Below are positions 1 through 11,403 of a stretch of DNA of 64,000 nucleotides, in pieces. The DNA is taken from NCBI GenBank assembly GCA_965223265.1, contig OZ244999.1, positions 4,256,001-4,320,000 on the forward strand. Reading direction: 5' to 3'. This DNA is from Planctomycetota bacterium. GTDB taxonomy: Bacteria; Planctomycetota; UBA8108; SXIK01. Position numbers and translations under genes: made by a program. Within the stretch, counting starts at the first letter, position 1. Each line of letters begins with the position of its first letter. The notes under the pieces were generated by a model. It did not search any database and was not told where the DNA came from. It saw nothing but the letters and a program-made list of their open reading frames with translations.

Positions 1-259
1 TCACCTCGGTGAGAGTGTGGCCACTACTTCGTGGGGGCAGAGGTCGTCGTCTGGGGCGAAAAGGTTCGGCGCGGACAACCGGGCGCGCCATTCGCGGAGG
101 AACAACCTCGTTGTGATCTCGAAAGGGCGGAGCAATCGCGGACTCCGACGCTGTCAACACGCACGGTGCTGTGAGCGCAGGCGAATCAGTTTTTTTATCT
201 GAGCGGCCATAACACGATGGCTGGTGAGGGTGGCGAGCTCTGGCTATCATCCGCAGACG

Positions 260-637
260 ATGACTTCTATTCCTCCCGAGTACCACGGCTGGTGGCGCAT
301 CGTCGACACCGAGACCTGGGTGAACGACGGCCTCGACATGCTCGGGCCAGCGCTCCTCTCGCTCACCGGTTCGGACGATCGGCTCCGGATGCACTGCCTC
401 CTCGCCTATGTCAACGCGAAACCGACCAAGACCGGTGTGTCGTTCAGTTGGAAAGGTGCGTGGGAGTACGACCAAGTGTCAGGGACGGGCAGCGTGAAAC
501 TCGGTAAGGACGGCAAGCTGAAAGGCAAGATCAGGATCAAGGATGGCGACGAAAGCGCGTTCCTGGCCGAGAGAGCCGAAGAGCCCGACGACCCGATCGA
601 CGATCCGCCGTCGTACCGAGACAAGTGGCGTCGGTAG
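260..637 (+). CDS. Conserved hypothetical beta-rich protein, of a family recalled near CcbP-like genes in mobile regions
   Basis: ORF 224..637; likely ATG at 260. Pattern GWWRIVDTETW...FSWKG...SGTGSV...GKIRIKDGDESAF; family link is from memory. Confidence 0.6.
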   Translation: MTSIPPEYHGWWRIVDTETWVNDGLDMLGPALLSLTGSDDRLRMHCLLAYVNAKPTKTGVSFSWKGAWEYDQVSGTGSVKLGKDGKLKGKIRIKDGDESAFLAERAEEPDDPIDDPPSYRDKWRR

Positions 638-971
638 TGGACTTACCTCGGGCATCTCTCGATTGAACCTCGGCGTCTCCCGGCCGCCTCGAGAAACCGC
701 CGATTTCTCGACCAGTCCCGCGTCGGCTTTCCCTCCACGACGAGTCCCACCACCTCTTCGCTCCGGACGCCTGTGAGATCGAGAAACCACGGGTAATCAC
801 CGGTTTCTGATCCGAGTCTTGGGCGTCCGTGAAACACGTATTTCATCGACCGCTTGCACGTCGTTACCACATACCTACCGACCAAGCCCTTGGTCAGGTA
901 TCCTGTTCGTCGACTTGTGCAGGCTGCGTTGCAAAGCTCGATGAAGAGAAGACTGAAAGACGGCCAGGATC

Positions 972-3440
972 GTGGAGCAGCGGGATCGCGAGCACATTCT
1001 CAGAGAAATCGCTGAAGAGGAGTCTCGATTGACGAGCCTCGCAGAGGAGAGCGCGAGGATTCGATCGCGCCTCACGGCTCTCAGGGTCGAGCTGGAGTCA
1101 GGCGATTCGGGACCACAGCTTTCTTCTGAGCCTGGACTCTCAGCCTCGGACGCCTCGAAATCTCAGTTGACGCCGACGGAGAAGGTGACGCTCTTCCGAA
1201 GCCTTTTCCGCGGCCGGGACGACGTGTACCCGAAGCTCTGGACGAACGCCAAGACGGGGAGAACGGGATACGCGCCGGCATGTTCGAATGAGTGGGTACG
1301 TGGCGTCTGCGACAAACCACGTGTCAAGTGCGGAGACTGTCCGAACCAGGCATTCATCCCTGTGACCGAGCAGATTCTCCTGGAGCATCTTCAAGGACGG
1401 CATGTAGTCGGTGTCTATCCGATGCTCCAGGACGAGACCTGTTGGTTCCTGGCAGCAGATTTCGATAAGAGTGCTTGGAAGGAAGACGTTCAAGCTTTCG
1501 TCGAGACGTGCCAGGCACACCGTGTGCCGGCCTCCGTGGAACGCTCCAGATCAGGCAATGGAGCACACGTCTGGATCTTCTTCACTCATCCCGTCGCTGC
1601 GAACGTCGCGCGCAAGATGGGCTGCTACCTCATCACCGAGACGATGGCACGGCGTCACGAGCTCAGCATGAAGTCTTACGATCGCCTTTTTCCGAATCAG
1701 GACACGATGCCGCGTGGAGGATTCGGAAACCTCATTGCGCTCCCGTTGCAGCATGAACCGCGAAGGCTCGGCAACACGGTCTTCTTGGACGATCAGCTCG
1801 AGTCCCTTTCGGATCAGTGGGCGTACCTGAACTCCGTTGACCGGATAACACCGACGGCCGTCGAGGAAATCGCTCGGGAGGCCACGCGAAAGGGCCAGGT
1901 GATAGGCGTCAAGTTGGCCGAATCCGGTGAAGAGGAGGACGCAGCCCCCTGGACGCGTAGTCCGTCAGGTCGCTCGCGGATGGTCGAGATCACGGAACCG
2001 ATCCCCGAGACCATCCGTGGGGTTCTTGCGCAGCGTGTCTTTGTGGAGAAGACGGGACTCCCATCCCCACTTCTCAATCAATTGAAACGTCTGGCAGCGT
2101 TTCAGAATCCGGAGTTCTACAAGAAACAGAGCATGCGGCTGTCAACGGCAATGACACCGCGTGTCATCAACTGCGCTGAAGACCTTCCTGTGCATGTCGC
2201 ACTGCCACGGGGATGCGTTCCCGAACTCAAGGACCTGCTCGGCGGTCTCGGCAGCGAGTTGGCCGTCGACGACCAGAGGACGCACGATGCACCGCTGGAA
2301 CTGAACTTTCGTGGACAGTTGACCGCCGTCCAGCAGAAGGCCGCCGAAGCGCTACTTGAGCACGACATCGGTGTCTTCGTTGCGCCGCCAGGAATAGGGA
2401 AGACGGTCCTCGGGACGTATCTCGTAGCGGAACGTGGCTGTAGCACCCTGATTCTGGTTCACCGGCGTCCATTGCTGGACCAGTGGGTCGCGCAGTTGTC
2501 GATGTTTCTCGGCATCGAGCCCAAGGAAATCGGTCGAATCGGCGGAGGTAAGCGAAAGCCAAACGCGCTGCTCGACGTCGCGATGATTCAAAGCGTCGTC
2601 AGAAAGGGAGAAGTAGAGGACCTCGTCGCCGACTACGGCCATGTCATCGTGGACGAGTGTCACCACGTTCCCGCAGTCTCCTTCGAGCGTGTACTCGCCG
2701 AAGTCAAAGCGCGTTACGTCACCGGCCTGACGGCCACTCCGCAGCGCAGAGACGGCCATCACCCGATCTCCAACATGCAGCTGGGTCCGGTTCGATTCTC
2801 TGTAGATCCCAAGAGCCAGGCAGCCCGTCGTCCCTTCGAACACCGCCTGATCACTCGCGAGACCGTCTTCAACGCGTCGTCCCTCCCAACGGACGCGCCC
2901 ATACAGGACCTGTACCGTGCTCTTGCGGGCGACAAGAGCCGTAACAATCTCATCATCGATGACGTGATCTCGGCTCTCGAAGAGGGTCGCTCGCCGATCC
3001 TTCTGACAGAGCGAAAGGATCACCTCGAGTTTCTGGCGGACAAGCTCCGCGCTTTTGCCCGTCACATGATTGTTCTCCAAGGAGGCATGAGTGCGAAGGA
3101 GCGAAAACACGTGGAAGCGCAGCTCGAGGAGATCCCTGACCATGAGGAGCGGCTTCTCCTCGCGACCGGACGCTACATCGGCGAGGGCTTCGACGATGCG
3201 CGGCTTGATACTCTCTTTCTCGCGATGCCGGTGTCGTGGAAGGGAACACTCGTCCAGTACACAGGACGACTTCACCGGCTGCACCCGGACAAAACGGAAG
3301 TGCGAATCTTCGACTACGTCGACCGGGGCGTTCCGATGTTGGAGCGGATGTTCCAGAAGAGACTGCGGGGTTACCGCGCGATCGGCTACACGGCGGATGG
3401 AGGATCCGCAGACGATGAAGAGTTCGAAGGCGAAACGTAG
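972..3440 (+). CDS. Archaeo-eukaryotic primase (TOTE-type AEP) domain fused to SF2 DEAD/DEAH (ResIII-like) helicase
   Basis: AEP motifs ADFD, ERSRSGNGAHVW and DRLFP; Cys cluster ACSNEW..VC..KCGDC; helicase motifs APPGIGKT, DECH, TAT, GEGFD, QYTGRLHR. Confidence 0.85.
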   Translation: MEQRDREHILREIAEEESRLTSLAEESARIRSRLTALRVELESGDSGPQLSSEPGLSASDASKSQLTPTEKVTLFRSLFRGRDDVYPKLWTNAKTGRTGYAPACSNEWVRGVCDKPRVKCGDCPNQAFIPVTEQILLEHLQGRHVVGVYPMLQDETCWFLAADFDKSAWKEDVQAFVETCQAHRVPASVERSRSGNGAHVWIFFTHPVAANVARKMGCYLITETMARRHELSMKSYDRLFPNQDTMPRGGFGNLIALPLQHEPRRLGNTVFLDDQLESLSDQWAYLNSVDRITPTAVEEIAREATRKGQVIGVKLAESGEEEDAAPWTRSPSGRSRMVEITEPIPETIRGVLAQRVFVEKTGLPSPLLNQLKRLAAFQNPEFYKKQSMRLSTAMTPRVINCAEDLPVHVALPRGCVPELKDLLGGLGSELAVDDQRTHDAPLELNFRGQLTAVQQKAAEALLEHDIGVFVAPPGIGKTVLGTYLVAERGCSTLILVHRRPLLDQWVAQLSMFLGIEPKEIGRIGGGKRKPNALLDVAMIQSVVRKGEVEDLVADYGHVIVDECHHVPAVSFERVLAEVKARYVTGLTATPQRRDGHHPISNMQLGPVRFSVDPKSQAARRPFEHRLITRETVFNASSLPTDAPIQDLYRALAGDKSRNNLIIDDVISALEEGRSPILLTERKDHLEFLADKLRAFARHMIVLQGGMSAKERKHVEAQLEEIPDHEERLLLATGRYIGEGFDDARLDTLFLAMPVSWKGTLVQYTGRLHRLHPDKTEVRIFDYVDRGVPMLERMFQKRLRGYRAIGYTADGGSADDEEFEGET

Positions 3441-3526
3441 ACCCAAGAGCGAGCAGCGGCCTAAGAAGCGTTCTACGCGGCTTTCTGAGGCCAAGCTCGA
3501 TGCCTTGGTCAGAGAGGCGGTTGTCG

Positions 3527-3528
<2 letters not shown>
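3415..3528 (+). pseudogene. N-terminal fragment of a CcbP-like calcium-binding protein
   Basis: ATG 3415 overlaps the helicase end; RLSEAKLDALVREAVVD resembles the CcbP-family start (EAxVDAY); similarity stops at the glgP junction. Confidence 0.45.
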
Positions 3529-4845
<1,317 letters not shown>

Positions 4846-4849
4846 TTAT

Positions 4850-4923
4850 CCGCCCGTTGAAAAAGTCATTCGGCTGAGTGCGGGGCGACCAGTTTTCAGC
4901 TCGAAGCACTTTTGAACGGGCTG
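4850..4923 (+). mobile_element. Internally deleted copy of the 159-bp MITE
   Basis: CCGCCCGTTGAAAAAGTCATTCGGCTGA...TTTTCAGCTCGAAGCACTTTTGAACGGGCTG matches both ends of the copy at 15497-15655. Confidence 0.8.
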
Positions 4924-4997
4924 TTCAGCTCGACAAACAATGCGGACCGGCCAGTCACGTCTTTTGGAAGTATTGGAGATTTCAAATGATTCCTCCA

Positions 4998-5034
4998 ATG
5001 CATTCTGACACTATGATTAATGCTCTGAATGCAT
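4998..5034. promoter_or_regulatory. Putative OxyR operator between divergent katG and oxyR
   Basis: ATGC-N7-CACT-N7-ATGC-N7-GCAT, 37 bp, same spacing as the OxyR ATAG-N7-CTAT-N7-ATAG-N7-CTAT consensus; outer inverted repeat ATGCATTC/GAATGCAT. Confidence 0.55.
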
Positions 5035-5081
5035 GGGCGGGGCGCCCCCTCAAAACCAGCCAACAATTTGGGAAATCCGCG

Positions 5082-5948
5082 ATGGAATTCGATCAGCTCC
5101 GCTACTTTCTCCGCGTCGCCGAACTGATGAACTTCACCCGAGCGGCGCAGGCACTTGGCCTTTCGCAGCCCGCACTCAGCCGTTCGATTCAGAAGCTGGA
5201 AGAAGAGCTCGGACAGCCAGTGTTTGAACGCAAGACGCGATCCGTCTCTTTGACGGATGCTGGCACGTTGCTGCAAGCCCGAGCCCAGCAAGTACTCGCG
5301 ATCCTTGAAGACACGAAGGCCGAGATCACCGACGACGGACAAAGTGGTCGCGTGCGTATTGGCGCCATCCCAACCATTGCGCCTTACTTCCTTCCGGAAG
5401 TCCTGCGACAGTTCTCTGTGGAGTTTCCGAAAGCGACTCTCACCGTGCAGGAGAATACGACCGACGCTCTGCTCAGAGGCTGCACGCAAGGGGAAATCGA
5501 TCTCGCAATTCTCGCGTTGCCCGTGCCCGCCAAGTACCTCGAAATCGAAGAGTTGTTCGAAGAGGAGCTACTGCTCGTCATTCCGCCTGACCATCCGTTG
5601 GTTGACAAGGCGAAGATTCGGCTGAGCCATGTGGAACCTTATCCCTTTGTCCTGCTCGACGAAGCGCACTGCTTGTCAGAGCACATCGTGTCTTTCTGTC
5701 GCCAGCGTTCCTTCCAGCCCGTGGCGGTCGAGCGAACAAGCCAGCTGGCGATGGTGCAGGAGTTGGTTTCCCTTTCGCACGGAGTCTCAATGATTCCGGC
5801 GATGGCACGAAAACTCGATCAGAGTGACCGGCGAGTGTATCGTTCCTTCACAGGCCGAAAGCCGACTCGCACAGTGGCCGTCGCATGGAATCCTTACCGG
5901 TTTCAGAGCCGCTTAATCGACGCCTTCCGCAAGTGTTTGCGGCGCTGA
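5082..5948 (+). CDS. oxyR: LysR-family H2O2-sensing regulator OxyR
   Basis: Lys[24 protein letters not shown]; LDEAHCL...SFC carries the two redox Cys nine residues apart; divergent from katG; ATG 5082. Confidence 0.85.
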   Translation: MEFDQLRYFLRVAELMNFTRAAQALGLSQPALSRSIQKLEEELGQPVFERKTRSVSLTDAGTLLQARAQQVLAILEDTKAEITDDGQSGRVRIGAIPTIAPYFLPEVLRQFSVEFPKATLTVQENTTDALLRGCTQGEIDLAILALPVPAKYLEIEELFEEELLLVIPPDHPLVDKAKIRLSHVEPYPFVLLDEAHCLSEHIVSFCRQRSFQPVAVERTSQLAMVQELVSLSHGVSMIPAMARKLDQSDRRVYRSFTGRKPTRTVAVAWNPYRFQSRLIDAFRKCLRR

Positions 5949-6191
5949 AAGCCGAATGGCGCCGCGGTCGGTTCAACAACACGAAACTCCGATTCGATAC
6001 TCGCTGCTTGAGCACGCCGGGAGATGGTCCTGACCGCTACACGCGGATCATCGTCAAACGCCACGAGCCTGCTGCTAGTGTCCACAGACTTCCCAGCGCA
6101 GAACCCGCGGCATCAAGATGAGACACGCGTTTCAACCGTAGCGATCGAGACAACCCCTGCTCCTCGTCTTGGTTGGTCACGGGAAGCGCTC

Positions 6192-7493
6192 TCACCGCGA
6201 GTGCCGAGGTGCGATCGCCATGGAAGCAGGACCGTGCCCGGTCTTTATGAAGAACGGGTGCCGTTTCAAAACGAATCCGTCAACATCGAAAACGGCGATG
6301 CGATTGGACACGCTCAGCCCCACAAACAGCTTGTCGCCTTCAGGCGTAAACTCGATTCCCTGGGGTGGGCCCTCGAGAGGAGTATGGTAGAGCAGGCGGG
6401 CTGGCTTCGTAGTCAGATCAATGACACCCAGACTGGATGCACCTCCGATTCCAAGCACCGAGTCGTAATCCAAACAGCTAACGACTGCCATTCTCCCGGT
6501 CGGGTGAAACGCCAGACTCTCCAACCCATCTCCCACCTGCGGCACGATCTCAGTGACCATTGGCTTGTCCAACGTAAGATCGATGCTCAGCACTCCATCC
6601 AAAGTACCCTTACCAGGTATTCCCCAACCGTTGAGGGTCAAGGCTCGCTTCCCATCGGGGCTGATACGCGGTGCGAACGGCTTGTCAACTCGAGCTCTCA
6701 CGCCTGGTTTGACTTTGACTTCGCAGACGTAACAGATCTCGTTGCCGAAGTATTTGAAAGCATGAATGCCGTTGGTCACGACCTTCCCCTCGGCATTCCG
6801 ATGAAAGCCGTGTGTGATGATCCAGTCGCCTCTTGGACTCAGCGCGAAGGAGTCGATGTTGACTGGTGAGGAGTGCGACCGCAGCAGCTTTGGTACGCCC
6901 TCATCTACTCCAAACTCCTTGAAGGACTTTGTGCAGCCGACCAAAGCTCTCTTGCCGCCCGGATGCGCAACGGCGTGCCAGACCTCCTCGTCAAGAGCGA
7001 ACCGTCTCACAACCGTCAACTCGGGCGAAGCCAGGTCCAGGACAGTGACTATATTGCTCAGACGGGCCGAAAGACGCTGCTTCTCCAGGTCTTCCTTCGT
7101 CAGGTCGTCGTTCGAAATCGGCTCACCTTCGGGACTATCCAGCCGCGCCTGTACGGCTCCATTGCGATCTCCGTGATTCGTGACGAAGCCGTACCGGCCA
7201 CTTCCGACAATCGCTGTGTAAGGAGCGCCCCAGACGGTGTTCGGTGCGATGCCATACACGGTCAGAACCTCGGGAGGGTGATCGGGTCCAAGGTGAATCA
7301 CTGTTATGGAGTCTTTGACGAGCTGCCGCTTGCCAACTTCCCCTTCTTCGCTCCTCGTGAATACGCTCTCTCCGTCGTTTGCGCTGACCAGAGTGACGGG
7401 GGTCTTGGTCGTGAGGAATGGTGGGTTCTCAGCGTTCAAACCCCTCCCCAGCTCCCACGAGACCAACAAGACGAATGCGAGAACGATTTTCAC
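6192..7493 (-). CDS. Secreted beta-propeller protein (YncE/lactonase-like)
   Basis: Signal peptide from GTG 7493; repeats ALSPRG, ISPDGK, AFHPTG, EFTPEG. Confidence 0.7.
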   Translation of the reverse strand: MKIVLAFVLLVSWELGRGLNAENPPFLTTKTPVTLVSANDGESVFTRSEEGEVGKRQLVKDSITVIHLGPDHPPEVLTVYGIAPNTVWGAPYTAIVGSGRYGFVTNHGDRNGAVQARLDSPEGEPISNDDLTKEDLEKQRLSARLSNIVTVLDLASPELTVVRRFALDEEVWHAVAHPGGKRALVGCTKSFKEFGVDEGVPKLLRSHSSPVNIDSFALSPRGDWIITHGFHRNAEGKVVTNGIHAFKYFGNEICYVCEVKVKPGVRARVDKPFAPRISPDGKRALTLNGWGIPGKGTLDGVLSIDLTLDKPMVTEIVPQVGDGLESLAFHPTGRMAVVSCLDYDSVLGIGGASSLGVIDLTTKPARLLYHTPLEGPPQGIEFTPEGDKLFVGLSVSNRIAVFDVDGFVLKRHPFFIKTGHGPASMAIAPRHSR

Positions 7494-7787
7494 AGCGCTC
7501 TCCAGATTCCTATCGTGCGCCACGGACAAGCCAAAGCGAGTTTTGAAACAGCAGGCTCAACGTGACGACCAGAGTGAGCACGCGCCTCTCTCCTTTTCGT
7601 TCGATATTCTCTTCGATCGGAGAGGTCGGATCAACGGGGTCGAGGTTCGAGCTTTGGATCTCCGGTTGAGGAGTCGCGGATCTTTATTCACCGCAGGGTG
7701 CACAGGGCATCCGGTGCCTGAGCGATGGTCAGTTCCTTAACAGACGCGCCCTGCCCGCTCTTCCATCCTCGTGTCCCTTCGCCCCCA

Positions 7788-8096
7788 TCACTTTTTAGCG
7801 GCCTTGTCCTGCAGTTGAACGTACGCAAGGCCCGCGAGCACATCGACGAGCCGCTGCTTGCCGAACCCTCGCACTTCAACCTGTCGCTCCGGGTCGTCGC
7901 GCAGGTCGGTGCGGAGTTTTCGAAGGGCCTCGTACTTTCGCTTCACGTCTTCGGTGACGAAGTCGCTGTGCGTGATTCTGTGGCATTTCGCGAAGTCATG
8001 GACAACAATGACTTCGCGCTCGATGGACGTGATCGTGCTCAGAAAGTGCGCATGCGTGGAGTCTGGATCGATATGTTCATGCCGATCTTCAAGCAC
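7788..8096 (-). CDS. Small hypothetical protein or C-terminal gene fragment
   Basis: GC3-rich codons and protein-like composition, but its start overlaps the divergent EEP gene start. Confidence 0.35.
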   Translation of the reverse strand: MLEDRHEHIDPDSTHAHFLSTITSIEREVIVVHDFAKCHRITHSDFVTEDVKRKYEALRKLRTDLRDDPERQVEVRGFGKQRLVDVLAGLAYVQLQDKAAKK

Positions 8097-9020
8097 CGAT
8101 TCTTTAAACGATGTGGTTTCACTTGCGTCGCCTTGGCGATCACCTGCGCCGCGACGACACTGACGGTCACAGCGGTCTCATCGGGAGAGTCAAGATCCAC
8201 TCCGCGAGTCGCGCAGCATTCGCCTCGGTCGGCGGAAAGCGATGACACCGCACCCGTTCGCAAAGGTGTGCTCAAAGTATTGACGTTGAATGTTGCGCAC
8301 GGGAGGAGTGACGGACGCAACCAGGCCCTTCAAAGAACGAAAACGATCCGCTCCAATCTCGACGACGTTGCGAAATTACTCGCGCGCGTCAGACCGGATG
8401 TGGCCGCGCTTCAGGAGGCCGATGGGCCGTCCATCTGGAGCGGCGGCTTCAGTCATGTAGAGTACCTGGCTTCGAATGCTGGATTCGAATTCTCCAGCCA
8501 CGGCCTGCATGTCGATGGCGCGAAGATTTCCTTCGGCACCGCGCTTCTCTCCTGCCGGCTCCTGAAGGACGCCCTGTCGATCACCTTCGAGTCGTCGCCG
8601 CCAACTTTCTCGAAGGGATTCCTTGTCAGCGCCGTCGCGTGGCCGAGCGAGCCCGAGACGCTGGTGGATGTCGTCACCGTCCACCTTGACTTTTCACGCC
8701 GATCGGTGCGTCGGGAGCAAGTCGCGCAGATGGCCTCTGAGCTGAAGCCGAGAAAGCGGCCGTTGATCATTCTGGGCGACTTCAACTGTGACTGGAAGCG
8801 AGAGAATTCAGCCCTGCGCGTTCTGGCGAGGGAACTCAATCTCGTGGCCCACAAACCAGATGCCAACGATCTCATCACGTTCCCGAAGCTACGGACTCGT
8901 CTTGATTGGATCCTGATCTCAGGTGAGTTTCGGTTCATAAAGTACGAGGTGCTGTCGGACGAACCTGTGTCGGACCATTTTGCGGTAGTGGCTGAAATCG
9001 AGCTCAAAGAGAAAGATTGA
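8079..9020 (+). CDS. Secreted endonuclease/exonuclease/phosphatase (EEP) family protein
   Basis: TLNVAHG, ALQEAD, TVHL, LGDFN, LDWIL, SDHFAV; signal-like N-terminus from ATG 8073/8079. Confidence 0.85.
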   Translation: MPIFKHRFFKRCGFTCVALAITCAATTLTVTAVSSGESRSTPRVAQHSPRSAESDDTAPVRKGVLKVLTLNVAHGRSDGRNQALQRTKTIRSNLDDVAKLLARVRPDVAALQEADGPSIWSGGFSHVEYLASNAGFEFSSHGLHVDGAKISFGTALLSCRLLKDALSITFESSPPTFSKGFLVSAVAWPSEPETLVDVVTVHLDFSRRSVRREQVAQMASELKPRKRPLIILGDFNCDWKRENSALRVLARELNLVAHKPDANDLITFPKLRTRLDWILISGEFRFIKYEVLSDEPVSDHFAVVAEIELKEKD

Positions 9021-9100
9021 GTCCGCACCTCCTTCAGTCGCTCAGCTCGCGCGTCGAGCGGACCTTCGCCGAAGTCGGTTGAGCTAGCGTAGCGCCTCGC

Positions 9101-9313
9101 ACAGCCCGCGTAGTCGACACAATCGACCTCGTCCTCCTCGATGGGATCGACACCGCAGTCCATCGTGCCGGGCAGCGAGATCTCCTCGCTGCCGAGAAAC
9201 AGAACTCCACGCGTGTTTGATCGAAGCGGAGGTATCCACCGCGCCATCGTCGTTCGAGTCGCAGGCGTTGTCGCCACTGGATCACAGTCGCCGAGAAACA
9301 GAGCGCCTAACAT
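9101..9313 (-). pseudogene. Frameshifted remnant of a Cys-rich dockerin-like C-terminal domain
   Basis: LGALFLG / DNACDSNDDGAVDTS / GVLFLG..LPGTMDCGVDP..DCVDYAGC, with the middle block in a different frame; same pattern as the domains in 60638..61582. Confidence 0.6.
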
Positions 9314-9510
9314 TCAACGACGTGTCTCGAGCCTAGCGCCTCGGCCCTAGGATGGAGTTCGACTGGCCAACTTGCGAACGGCAGTTTTCGCCGATGAGTT
9401 CTGGGCTGCGTTTCCGGAAGCTCAAGATCTCTCGAAGGGCGTTGCCGTTTGCACACGAAACGCTATGCTGGCGGCTCTCAACAACCGGGTGACAATCGCA
9501 AGGAGACTCA

Positions 9511-11061
9511 ATGATGAGGGCGCCCAATCTGGAGCCACAGGACACTCAAGTCGCAGAGAGCACCGCCTCCTCCCTCGTTTTGCTCGTTGCCGCGCCACTG
9601 ATGGGAGCGGCCGCCGGCGGCATGGGATGGGGCATCCGCGGACAGTACGGACACGAGTGGGGAGCGATGGTGCCTGGAGTTCTGGTGGCCTTCACGCTCG
9701 TGTTCCTATTCTGCCGGCGATCGACCTCTCTCCATGCCGCGCGCGCAGTCGCGCTCGCCGCTGTCGGCTTCTCATTCGGCGGTGTCATGACGTACGGCCA
9801 GACCGTCGGGCTGACACACGACACGCCGCTGGTTGGGAATGACGCCGCCTACCGCTGGGGCATGATCGGACTCTTCATCAAAGGCGCCCTTTGGATTGGC
9901 TTCGGCAGCACGTTTCTTGGCATGGGCCTCGGCGGTAAGACGTATCGCTGGGCAGAGATGCTCAAAGTCGTCATCGCGCTGCTCGTGCTCGTGTTCATCG
10001 GCACCCAACTGCTCAATCGACCACATGTCCCCGACGTCAGCTCGCCGGATCGCGCTCTGCCGTGGATCTACTTCTCCGACCACTGGAAGTGGGAACCCGA
10101 CAACCTTGACATGAAACCGCGCCCCGAGTCTTGGGGTGGACTCCTCGCAGCATTCGTGGCTCTAATCGCTTACGTTCGTTTCATCAAAAAGGACAAGCTC
10201 GCGTTTCGTATGGCCGGTGTCGGCGTGATCGCTGGTGGCTGCGGATTCACGCTCGGCCAGGCACTCCAGGCGAAACATTCTTGGACACCCAATTGGGTTG
10301 TCGGGTTCGATCAGTCGCTGCATGAGTGGCTGCCGGGTGTCTTCCCCGAAAAGTTCTTCAGCCTCATCGGCTACAACTGGTGGAACATGATGGAGACGAC
10401 GTTCGGTCTCGTCATGGGCTTTCTGCTCGGGCTTGGACTTTGGCTCAACCGAAAACGCGTCGCCCGCGGGGACATTGACGAACCTGTCGAGCTCGCGCCG
10501 CAAGTTGAATGGCCCCTCATCGGTCTCCACGCCTGCCTTTTAGCGCTTTGGGGCGCCGTGAGGCTCGACGAGATCGAAGCTTACGAATGGCTCACTGGCT
10601 TCACAGACTTTCCGCTCGCCATGGGTGTGCTTCCCGTGATCTGCATCCTGGGTGGACGCTACTGGCCGTATCTATTCGCACTACCGATGATCGCGATCTC
10701 GATCGCCGGGATTACGCTCAAAGCTCGCTACGATGGCGAGCACGTGGTGACTGACTGGATCATCTGGATCGTCATTCCTTTGGGACTCCTGACGCTCGCG
10801 GCCCTCCACTTGGCCGAACGCGGACTCAGCGGTCAAAGCGGCCGCAGCTTTGCTCGCCGCGGGCTCATCATCACGGCTTTCACTTACTACTCACTCAATT
10901 TCGGCTTCTTCGGTCTGCCGTGGACGGTGCTCCCAGGACGCGGATCCCACACCAACGACTGGATTTTCCTGCGCTGCATGGAGCTGCTGATCTTCGGGGC
11001 GCTCCTCCTCGGCCGAGGCTCGCCGCGAAGTGCGCCGAAAGAAGACAGTCCCGGGCTGTGA
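9511..11061 (+). CDS. Polytopic membrane protein of unknown function
   Basis: RBS AAGGAG; many hydrophobic helices; motifs GWGIRGQYGHE and NWWNMME. Confidence 0.8.
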   Translation: MMRAPNLEPQDTQVAESTASSLVLLVAAPLMGAAAGGMGWGIRGQYGHEWGAMVPGVLVAFTLVFLFCRRSTSLHAARAVALAAVGFSFGGVMTYGQTVGLTHDTPLVGNDAAYRWGMIGLFIKGALWIGFGSTFLGMGLGGKTYRWAEMLKVVIALLVLVFIGTQLLNRPHVPDVSSPDRALPWIYFSDHWKWEPDNLDMKPRPESWGGLLAAFVALIAYVRFIKKDKLAFRMAGVGVIAGGCGFTLGQALQAKHSWTPNWVVGFDQSLHEWLPGVFPEKFFSLIGYNWWNMMETTFGLVMGFLLGLGLWLNRKRVARGDIDEPVELAPQVEWPLIGLHACLLALWGAVRLDEIEAYEWLTGFTDFPLAMGVLPVICILGGRYWPYLFALPMIAISIAGITLKARYDGEHVVTDWIIWIVIPLGLLTLAALHLAERGLSGQSGRSFARRGLIITAFTYYSLNFGFFGLPWTVLPGRGSHTNDWIFLRCMELLIFGALLLGRGSPRSAPKEDSPGL

Positions 11062-11403
11062 CGTCGAGCGCGAGTGAAGGCGCAATCAGGCGCGGCGAAA
11101 TCAGCCGGACGGGCACATGCCCTCGAAGCGTCACGCGAAACATCATCGCTCAGAAGCTCGATCGTTCGATTCGCTGACCGGCTGAAACACTCGACAGTAC
11201 GCGCGTTGTTCAAGGCGTCGCGAACATCAGCACTGGTCTTTGCATTTGGCGGGTCCGTTCAACTCGACACGAGGCTCGCCATCGACCGCTCGACTTGGTA
11301 CGGTCGAGAATGGTCGCCAGTTTGAAGATCACGTGATCGACACGACCTTCGGCGAGCTCGATCGAGCTCGTGGCGCAGCCGTCCGCAGAAGCCATCCGCA
11401 GCT

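Noticed and set aside
643-885. 80-aa minus ORF between the small gene and the helicase
   Set aside because: No RBS or motif recognised; cannot be supported from sequence alone.
2352-3494. 380-aa minus ORF and similar long antisense ORFs (42915..44171, 15899..16921, 32407..33339)
   Set aside because: They overlap well-supported genes on the opposite strand and lack recognisable motifs.
4878-5081. Long N-terminal extensions in the ORF track (also 7725, 20973, 27238, 29224, 51340, 53607)
   Set aside because: They run through MITE, REP, operator or neighbouring-gene sequence; better starts with RBS, signal peptide or family N-terminus lie downstream.
7511-7582. 23-aa hydrophobic ORF (MLTLVVTLSLLF...) on the minus strand after an AAGGAG
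   Set aside because: Too short to validate by eye; needs ribosome profiling or conservation data.
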